This document shows, in pieces, positions 1 to 7,396 of a stretch of 7,396 nt of DNA; the first letter of the stretch is position 1, and every line of letters starts with the position of its first letter. The notes under the pieces were generated by a model, which was not told the origin of the DNA, made no database searches, and saw nothing but the letters and a program-made list of their open reading frames with translations. The position numbers and the translations under genes are program-made. The stretch is from Geosiphon pyriformis uo1. Taxonomy: Eukaryota > Fungi > Glomeromycota. The stretch lies in the NCBI GenBank assembly GCA_016748015.1, contig JAAOMT010000146.1, forward strand, positions 1-7,396, in the 5' to 3' direction.

Positions 1-3
1 TCT

Positions 4-537
4 CCCTAACCCTAACCCTAACCCTAACCCTAACCCTAACCCTAACCCTAACCCTATCCCTAACCCTAACCCTAACCCTAACCCTATCCCTATCCCTAAC
101 CCTAACCCTAACCCTAACCCTAACCCTAACCCTAACCCTAACCCTAACCCTAACCCTAACCCTAACCCTAACCCTAACCCTAACCCTAACCCTAACCCTA
201 ACCCTAACCCTAACCCTAACCCTAACCCTAACCCTAACCCTAACCCTAACCCTAACCCTAACCCTAACCCTAACCCTAACCCTAACCCTAACCCTAACCC
301 TAACCCTAACCCTATCCCTATCCCTATCCCTATCCCTAACCCTATCCCTATCCCTATCCCTATCCCTATCCCTAACCCTAACCCTAACCCTAACCCTAAC
401 CCTAACCCTATCCCTAACCCTAACCCTATCCCTATCCCTATCCCTATCCCTAACCCTATCCCTAACCCTAACCCTATCTCTATCCCTATAAATATCCCTA
501 TCCCTATCCCTATAAATATCCCTAACTCTAGCCCTAT
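4..537. repeat. Telomeric repeat array (CCCTAA)n = (TTAGGG)n with CCCTAT variants, in left-chromosome-end orientation
   Basis: 89 hexamers in unbroken phase from 4 to 537. My count is 61 CCCTAA, 24 CCCTAT, 2 AAATAT, 1 CTCTAT and 1 CTCTAG. It is pure CCCTAA at 94-309 and increasingly variant proximally. The C-rich strand sits at the 5' end of the window, as expected for a true terminus. Confidence 0.97.
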
Positions 538-1325
538 CCAAGACTTAATGATTTGCTACTATTAGAAATTTCACACCAAAAAGATATTAATTCTGGTAAT
601 TAGTAATCCAGACTACTGTTAAACATTGTTGTTCAGTAACTAAATAGTTTTTTTATGTTGATATAAGGAATCTATTGGCACATGCAATAGCGTGTTTTCT
701 GCTATTTTTATTTTTTTGTAAGAAGACAGCAACAAGTCTATAACCAGATATATTAGTGTAAAAGATGAAAAATTGGTTTAGGTTAGATTGCTTAAGAATT
801 GGTATAGTAACAAGTTTTTTCTTTAGAGTTTCAAAAGCTTTTTGTTAATAACTGCTCCAGTAATAATAGATATTTTTTTTAAGTAACTAATTAAAAAGAA
901 AGACAATTTTGGAAAAATCCTTGATAAATTTATAATAATAAGAAGCCAAACCAAAGAAAAAGTATAATTTAGGAACATTTATTAATTGTTTAATATTTTG
1001 AACTTTTTCAACTTTAGTGAAGTTAGGAAAAATTTTATTATTTGTAATAAGATAACCAAAAAACTAGATAGATTGGTATCCAAAGAAAAATTTGATTGGG
1101 TTTATCTTGAGACCAGTATTTTTTAAGAGATCAAAAACCTATTGTAAATATTTTAAATATTCATTCTAAGTTTTTGAGTATACTATTATATTGTCTAAAT
1201 AGACCAGAACAAAGTTTTCTTTTATTGATTCAAATACTTTATTTATTAAGCATTGAAAGGTAAGAAGAACATTAATAAGACCAAAAAGCATAACTGTAAA
1301 TTCATAGATGCTGTTATCAGTAGAA
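538..1325 (-). pseudogene. pol: Degenerate Ty3/gypsy pol fragment (RT C-terminal half, connection, RNase H), truncated at both ends (element A)
   Basis: My minus-strand translation runs in one frame with in-frame stops: STDNSIYEFTVMLFGLINVLLTFQCLINKVF (YEFxVMPFGLxNAPxTFQ); VLVYLDNIIVYSKT (YLDD-like, 1190-1201); LKINPIKFFFG; FFGLASYYYKFIKDFSKIV; KAFETLKKKLVTIPIL; FIFYTNISGYRLVAVF (RNase H TDASxxGxGAVL); IACANRFL; KNYLVTEQQCLTVVW (NYSxxExExLAVVW); YLFGVKFLIVANH*VL (TDH). Confidence 0.93.
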
Positions 1326-1880
1326 TTTTAGCCATTAATTAGCATAAAATTATCTTCATAATTCTTATTATTAATTAGTATATATTATTATTATTTTAAT
1401 TATTACTTATAATTTAATCAAATTATCAAATATCATTACTCAATCAATAATACAATTTGTATCATAGAAATTAAAATGATCAAATTACACAATATCCTAA
1501 ACCATTTAATATAGTCAAAATTTGCTGAAATTAATAAAAATTGGTCGAAATAATCAATATTTCAGCAAAATAACTTATAGTTTGCCAAAATGTATTTTTA
1601 GTTTACTAAAATTATAGCAAAAAGAAAAGTGCAAGTTCAAAGATTAGTACTACAACCAATTATATAAAAGAAGAGCTTTTCTCTTCAAGAAAATATATCT
1701 TTCTATAGTATTTTACTATAATATCTTATTTTAGATATCTTAATTAGAACAAATCATTTTTTATACATTTCAAATAAAAATTAAATATTTGAAAAACCAA
1801 ATCCTTTGATTATTATACTTGAAATTCTCTCAACACAACTAACATTTTGAAATTGATTAGCTACTAATTTCAGTAATTTA
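1326..1880 (+). repeat. Putative 5' LTR of element B
   Basis: Non-coding AT-rich block between the element A breakpoint and a PBS-like motif. It contains TATATAAAAG (1661-1670) followed by AATAAA (1773-1778) and ends ...AATTTA (possibly decayed TTCA). No second LTR is in the window and there is no clear TG start, so the boundaries are inferred. Confidence 0.4.
1661..1670 (+). promoter_or_regulatory. Candidate TATA box of the putative LTR
   Basis: TATATAAAAG, immediately followed by a GAAGAG-CTTTT-CTCTTC hairpin (1670-1686). The position fits an LTR, but the AT-rich background weakens the call. Confidence 0.3.
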
Positions 1881-1881
1881 T

Positions 1882-1900
1882 TAGTGACTCTAGGCCTGGA
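1882..1900 (+). other. Candidate degenerate primer-binding site
   Basis: TAGTGACTCTAGGCCTGGA is a locally GC-rich island that reads TGGTGACTCT/TGGCGACTCT after reversing one or two transitions. It is followed by a T-rich leader (about 1930-1970) and then gag. Confidence 0.3.
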
Positions 1901-1997
1901 TAAAAAACGTCTTTCTTGACAAAATTCTATTTCTTTTATATTTTTTTTCTTTTTTTTTTTCTTTTTTATTATAATTATTAGACTAGTTCACAAACAA

Positions 1998-2109
1998 AAT
2001 TTCTGTAGAAGAGTTGAATTTTACAGCAAAGTAACTACACATTTTTAGTGAGCTTCCAGATAAGCAATTCCTAGGAAAGAGTTGACATTTACTACAATGT
2101 AACTACATA
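1998..2109 (+). repeat. Degenerate 44-bp direct repeat (2 copies, 68-bp period) in the leader region
   Basis: 1998-2041 aatttctgtagaagagttgaattttacagcaaagtaactacaca versus 2066-2109 aattcctaggaaagagttgacatttactacaatgtaactacata; 33/44 identical, ungapped. Confidence 0.7.
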
Positions 2110-2220
2110 AAGTAACTGGCAAAAAATTGGCCATTCCACTTATAAGCCCAGCAGTTCAAATTATAAGAGATAATTTGAAGATAAATTCAGTTATTGAAAA
2201 TTCAACTGTTTTCAGAAAAT

Positions 2221-4340
2221 ATGAAATTTGCAACAGACAAACATTAACAACATTCAAAAAAAGACCAAAAGTCTCTGGTAATATTTAGTGCTCTTCTACA
2301 GAAATAACACAGCAACAACAAATTCAAAGTGGTAACCACACTAGACACAACAACTCTAGAGTATTATCAATTAATTTACACTCATTGCAAGCAAAAATTT
2401 AACATTCCAGACGGAATTGAAGTTGTCAAAAAATCAGTATACTAATACATTGAAAACTGTATCAACAATTATTTTTTTTGGAAACTACAACATTTCAGAA
2501 GTTAGAAACAACCTCTACAATAATTTATTGCACTATTTACAATTGGAAACAAAAGACCTGAACAATAAAACTTTTGCCACTTATTTTTAAAAACTTAACT
2601 TTAACATTATTCAATATTGTGAAAAAAACTACTCAGTACAGTCCAAATACTTTTTTAACTTTGAATTAAAAACAGAAACAAGCAATAAAAGCAAATAAAA
2701 ATTGAAACAATATTCAAAAACCACTTTAAACACTCCAATATTACCAAAAACAGCTGCTAAACACTTGCAAACACCTGAACAGAGAACCAGTGTCAAATTA
2801 CCACTTTCTATCGCATTATTTCTAATTTTATTTGCTCAACCACAAATACCAAGTTCACTACTTATTTGTTTTTCCAGACCAGAAGATTTTCAGTTACCTA
2901 AAAATTCTATTCAACAGCAGAAACCAATATTAACTAGTACCAATATTATTGATTACTTACAAAAAAACAAAAGTAATTATTCAGAAAACTTGAAAAGTGA
3001 AGAAACTGAATCAGAACAAGAAGAAACGACAAAAAATAAAAAATAAATGACAATTGTTTATATTGCAAAAATTCCAAAATTCACTAGTGAAAATAATAAT
3101 ACCAGCTCTTAAGAATAGCTTGACAAGATTCAAAAAGCAGGAGATGCAAATGGATGGAATGCAGCAAAACTGCTTAAAACAATTCCATACTTTCTTTAAA
3201 AAACTGCAGAAAAATGATTTGAAAACTTAAAAAAACCATTTAAAAACTAGCAAGCATTCAAAAATGCTTTCGTACAATAATTCACTGACAACAACATCTC
3301 TATTACTCTCCACAATTGCTTTTGCAATATTAAACAAGAAACATCTGAAACTGTTATGATCTATTTTGGGAGATTCATCAAACTTCTTTGACAAATTTGA
3401 TAATTGAAAACCAATAAATACTATTCCAATATCCAGATTTTGAATCAGTTTATAGCAGAATTAAAAAACAAATTGATCAAGAAAGTTTGTCTACATGTTC
3501 TAGAAAACTTAGCAACAACCATTTGACATGCAAAAAACTATAAAATAGCAATGGAAGAAGCAAACCATATCAAACTTGTGAATTTTGCTATTGGAAAAAC
3601 CAGCAAAACAGCTAAAAAAAAATTGACTAACTTATAAAGAAGATTGAAAACTATTTTACCAACCAACAACAGTAATAACAAACACAAAGATATTAGCCAC
3701 TCCAATAATGAAACCAAACCAACTACTTATTATTATCAAACAGTCAAAACCAAAGTTGTTACTATTATAGGATCTCAGGATATTAAAAACAAGACTGCAA
3801 AAAACTACAAAGAGACCAACAAAACAGGAGCAATCAAAATTACTCTTCAATATAGCAATCTCATTATCAGCCTCCATCACCAGTTTACTATTTTCCAAAA
3901 TCCCAACAACAAAACAGATATTATCAATTTTTTCCACAGTAACAATATCAACAACTTTTACTAATCTAACAGTAGCAATAGCCATCTATATAATAATATC
4001 AAGTATTTGCTCAAAAATTGGTTCAACAAAACCAATTTACATCCCAAAATCAATTCTATAATAATAACAACAAAATTGACTCAAACAACCAGTTGGTTCT
4101 CCGAAATTCTGGTCAGCAAAGACTCAATTACTACCACACTCAACTCAGTTATTTTACAATGTCAGAAAAATCAGATTTTCAACAAACTGCATTTTCTAAA
4201 GATGAAGTTGCAGTACCAAGATCAAATCCTTTAAACAATACTATTCCATTAGCACAAATTGCTCAGAATACCAACCTCTTAGATATATTTCTATTCGGAT
4301 TTGAAGCAAATAAATCACCATTTTTGCTTAGCAATATAGC
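2221..4340 (+). pseudogene. gag: gag pseudogene: N-terminal extension, capsid-like domain (about 3047-3600), CCHC zinc knuckle (3757-3798), Q/N/P-rich tail
   Basis: The frame of ORF 2702-3046 continues past its stop as MTIVYIAKIPKFTSENNNTSS*E*LDKIQKAGDANGWNAAKLLKTIPYFL*KTAEK*FENL...*QAFKNAFVQ*F...FCNIKQETSETVMIYFGRF...ILNQFIAELK, which shows retrotransposon gag motifs (P.F.G, W..F...F...F, Q...E.V..Y..RF, FI.GL). 3757-3798 reads CYYYRISGY*KQDC, which becomes CYYCGIPGHWKQDC (CX2CX4HX4C) with mainly C>T/G>A reversions. Frameshifts occur at T8 (about 2475) and A9 (about 3618). The start codon at 2221 is tentative. Confidence 0.85.
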
Positions 4341-4359
4341 CGTTAATGAACAAAAAGCA

Positions 4360-4740
4360 ATTACTGCTATGTATACTAAAGCTAAAGTAGAAAAAAAACA
4401 AATCCGCCTAATTCTAAACAGTAAATCCACCAGAAGCATTATTACCTATCAATTAATACAACAGCTTGAAAAAAATATTAACAGACCAGCTTAATAAGTA
4501 ATTGTTACAACTGATGGCATGAAAAAAACCCCAGTAAGAAAAATTGACAATTTTTTATTTACCATTAATGAAATTACTAATCCAGTCAAAGTTCTAGTCA
4601 TGGATGCACTCCAATACTAAGCTCTCATCAGAAATAATTGGCTTCTCAAGGCCAATGCAAATTTAGATTGAGAAACCCAAGAATTAAAAATTTCATACCA
4701 AAGACAATACATCAAAGTACCTGTTACTTGTGGTATTTTT
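4360..4740 (+). pseudogene. Retropepsin-like aspartic protease domain (inactivated)
   Basis: AMYTKAKVEKKQIRLILNSKSTRSII corresponds to LILDSGSxxSII; the catalytic DSG has decayed to NSK at 4417-4425 by G>A changes. It continues past stops as VIVTTDGMKKTPVRKI...VKVLVMD...ALIRNNWL (LGxDWL motif). Confidence 0.88.
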
Positions 4741-4944
4741 AATAAAAAATCTGAAAAAACCCCAGTATTTGAATTTAAGAAAGAGAAAAAACTTCTAATT
4801 ACTAAAATCTTTATGGCTCTTGGATCAACATCTAATTGGACTGAAGAAACAGAACAAGAAATTTTTAAAGAGACCAGAGAATAAAATATAGTTAGATATT
4901 CCACATTAGAATTATGGAAACAACTACTTTACATCTTACTTAAA

Positions 4945-5541
4945 TGTAAAGATTGTAAAATGAAAATTTCATCAATGGGAGCATGTATTTCTCCAAAAGA
5001 AGAATATGAAACTTACATCTGCTATTTTTGCAAAGCATGCCATAGAAAACAATTTGGATATTCCAAAAAAAGTAGAAAATAGGACAACACCCCTTGCCTC
5101 ACATGTGGAGATATACTACCAGAAAAATACAACTGGATTGATGTTGCAATGAGAGAAGGAGTATGTAATCAAACCTGCCAATATGTCTTATTAATTTCGG
5201 AAAAAGTCAAAAGAGGAACACTTTTTAATGCAACATACAACAATGTTCTCAATAAACTTTACCACTATCTTTATGATGCTAAAAAAATTTTTGATCTAGC
5301 AATAGCTTTAATTAATAGAGCCACACAAGAAAATATTCACCAAATAAAAAAAGCTAAATATATTGAATACACTATAAAATTAGCCAAATTTTATTATAAA
5401 GATAAAGTAGAAACATATCACTAAATTGCAAGTCACATTTATCTAACCCAAGAAGCTTAAATTCAACAATTAAAGCAAATAAACATTTAATTATGTAAAG
5501 AATACATCATGCCTTGTAATGACAAATGGTGTCCAAAATGC
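4945..5541 (+). pseudogene. Cys-rich, putatively Zn-binding domain of unknown function, in frame with protease
   Basis: Same frame as PR: CKDC (4945-4956), CYFCKACH (5020-5043), CLTC (5095-5106), CNQTC (5164-5178), CKE[Y/C]IMPCNDKWCPKC (5494-5541). It includes the listed ORF 5149-5424 and the start of ORF 5509-5700. Confidence 0.65.
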
Positions 5542-5660
5542 TATGCTTTTAGCATTCCCCTGCCTAGTAAAAATGACCAAGAAGAAATTGAATTTGAGAA
5601 ACCTAAAACAAAGAAAAAATTGCAACAATATCAATCTATCTTATTGAAAACCAGTCTGCT

Positions 5661-6088
5661 ATACAATTCAAATACTTTGACAACAATAGACAAAGAATAA
5701 AACCAAAAAAAGCTCATGAATTGGATGCAGAATATAATCTCAGATATTCTGGCAAAGACACTTTAGTTCTTCAACCAAAATCCTTAACCAAAATCAATCT
5801 CAAAATTGCTCTTGAAATACCACCAGAAGCAATAATACAAATTGCTTCTTGATCATCATTGACAAACAAAGAAATCAATGTCAAAAAAATAATAGATACA
5901 AGATATACTGAAGACATTACTATTATGCTACAGAATAAAACAGACAAACTATTTAGAATTGAACATGCTGAAAAAATTGTTCAAGCAATTTACCTACCCT
6001 TAATCAACATTTCGAATTACAATCAGTTAACAACAGAGAACAATTGGGAAAAAGTGAAAGAGAAACTCAAGATTTTGGTTCAACTAGA
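5661..6088 (+). pseudogene. dut: Trimeric dUTPase domain (inactivated)
   Basis: All five motifs appear in order: I DAEYNL (AGYDL, 5724-5741); II S*SSL (RSSL, 5847-5861); III IIDTRYTEDI (IDxxYxGxI, 5889-5918); IV EKIVQ (KIAQ, 5970-5984); V RETQDFGSTR (RGxxGFGSTG, 6059-6088), the last after a frameshift near 6016. Confidence 0.92.
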
Positions 6089-6539
6089 CAATTCACAGTT
6101 CTAGTAAATATAACTCTCAATACACAGAATGAATCTCACCAGATTCTTCAACCTTTTTAACCAATTACTATTTTATTTTTTCAAGAACATCACAAAATCT
6201 ACACCTGCTCAAAACTTACTACTACGCAACAAATTTTTGAATTCAATAAACAAATCTGTTTAAAGCATGAAATCTTAATCCCAAATATTTATATTTCTAA
6301 AAGAATAAAGAAATTTCGAGTTATATTTTACAATCCCAACAATTATCTTATTGTCTTATTAAATAAATTAGAAATTGGAATTATATATAGCAACATCTTT
6401 CAAAATAAAAACCCTCAAACTGTTTTTAATTTTATTGAAATTATAAGACATATCCTATTTCTCAACCCAAACATTATTTTTACTACTGAAAGCTACAACT
6501 TTTTAGAAAAAAAATTTTCTCAAATTAACATGAATTTTT

Positions 6540-7396
6540 TAGAACTCTAACAACAGAGACAATTAAAACAACTAATAGCTGAATTTGCAAATATATTTGC
6601 AAAAAACAACAATGATCTTAGAAAAACTGATATTATTTAACATCAAATCCACACAAGAGATGCTCCACCAAAATAACAACAAGCCTATTAAGTTCCATCT
6701 GTCAGCCACCAATTTATCAGAAAAAAGATCCAAAGAATGCTTAATAACAGATTGATTCAACCATCAAAAAGTCCATGAGCCTTACCAGTAGTTTTGGTTA
6801 AAAAAAAAAATGAAAAAATCAGATTTTGTGTTGAGTATTATTAACTAAACAGTATGACAATTGGAGATGTCTACCCTTTTCTAAGAATTGATGACATGTT
6901 AAATGCTTTAAGAAAAGCTAAGTTCTTCTCAACTTTAGACTTAGAAAGTAAATACTGACAAGTCGAAATAGATCCAAAAAATCGACCCAAAACAGCATTT
7001 ACCCAAGAAAAAAACTATGAATTCAATATTATGCCTTTTGAACTCTGCAATGCACCAGCAACATTCCAACAACTCATGAATGTTGTATATAAAAGACTCT
7101 TATGGCAATTAGTAGTTGTCTATCATAATGATACTAATGTGTATTCATCAAGCTTTGAAGCTTATCTCATCTATCTACACAAAGTTTTTTAATAATTACA
7201 AAAAACAAGATTAAAATTGAACATTGAGAAATGTCACTTTGGAAAAACAAATTTAATTTTTCTTGGATATATTGTTAGTGAAGATAGATTCAAACCAAAT
7301 CCAGGAACTATTAGTGCTGTCAAAAACTTTCAAACTCTCAAAAACACCACAGAGCTATGAGAATTTATAGAATTAGCCTCTTACTATTGGAAATTT
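6540..7396 (+). pseudogene. pol: Ty3/gypsy reverse transcriptase (inactivated), truncated by the window end in the connection region
   Basis: One frame: LIAEFANIFA...H.IHTRDAPP; MLNNRLIQPSKSP*ALPVVLVKKKNEKIRFCVEYY*LN; DVYPFLRIDDML; FFSTLDLESKY*QV; KTAF; YEFNIMPFELCNAPATFQQLMN; VYHNDTNVYS (decayed YxDD, 7121-7132); LKLNIEKCHF; FLGYIVS; L*EFIELASYYWKF. Confidence 0.96.

Larger units (their letters stand above)
1326..7396 (+). mobile_element. Decayed Ty3/gypsy (Metaviridae) LTR retrotransposon carrying a dUTPase (element B); 3' part lies beyond the window
   Basis: Domain order is gag-PR-(insert)-dUTPase-RT with no integrase before RT, and the RT motifs are Ty3/gypsy type. It has numerous stops and at least four 1-nt frameshifts. 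The left boundary is inferred from where element A homology ends. Confidence 0.9.

Noticed and set aside
538-1325. Telomere-specialised retroelement (TRAS/SART, MoTeR, HeT-A/TART, Penelope-like) or telomerase RT
   Set aside because: The RT and RNase H motifs are LTR Ty3/gypsy type, the junction is mid-domain with no poly(A) or element terminus, and no telomeric repeats lie on the proximal side.
1998-2109. CRISPR-like repeat-spacer
   Set aside because: There are only two diverged copies, the context is a eukaryotic retroelement, and no cas genes are present.
3614-3622. Programmed ribosomal frameshift at A-runs (3614-3622, 5614-5619)
   Set aside because: The runs appear to arise from G>A decay of Glu codons followed by 1-nt slippage or long-read homopolymer error. 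The first lies inside gag, before the knuckle.
3656-3985. Minus-strand 109-aa hydrophobic ORF (env-like or membrane protein)
   Set aside because: It is the antisense shadow of the CAA/AAC-rich gag tract, which yields Val/Leu/Ile codons. There is no independent support.
3644-4234. Plus-strand ORFs 3644-3964 and 4007-4234
   Set aside because: They are off-frame readings of the gag low-complexity region. The homologous frame is the one carrying the zinc knuckle and protease.
4617-4904. Minus-strand 95-aa ORF
   Set aside because: It is antisense to the protease/linker frame and has no recognisable motif.
6572-6760. Minus-strand 62-aa ORF
   Set aside because: It is a short antisense shadow of the RT N-terminus.
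3047-7396. Alternative genetic code (TAA/TAG=Gln, TGA=Trp) making the element intact
   Set aside because: Stops fall at Gln, Trp and Arg positions alike, catalytic residues of PR, dUTPase and RT are destroyed, and frameshifts exist. This is mutation, not recoding.
538-7396. Elements A and B as a large inverted duplication or foldback
   Set aside because: Their overlapping RT segments differ at many positions not explainable by transitions, so they are distinct families.

Overview
This is a eukaryotic chromosome end with no intact protein-coding gene. Positions 4-537 are a telomeric array of 89 in-phase hexamers (CCCTAA with frequent CCCTAT variants). It abuts directly on a minus-strand Ty3/gypsy pol fragment (about 538-1325: RT C-terminal half, connection, RNase H) that is cut just after the RNase H TDH motif, which looks like a break healed by de novo telomere addition. 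The rest (about 1326-7396, +) is a second, different and heavily decayed Ty3/gypsy element. It has a putative 5' LTR and PBS, then one ancestral gag-pol frame: N-terminal extension, capsid, CCHC knuckle, Q/N-rich tract, aspartic protease, unexplained Cys-rich domain, dUTPase, spacer, RT, and it runs off the window. Both elements show pervasive C>T/G>A transitions in many contexts (RIP-like). From memory only, not a search, the gag/pol peptides resemble Glomeromycotina (Geosiphon-like) gypsy elements. The supplied ORFs are pseudogene fragments or shadow frames. 'Ancestral' residues quoted below are inferred by reversing transitions to fit family consensus motifs.
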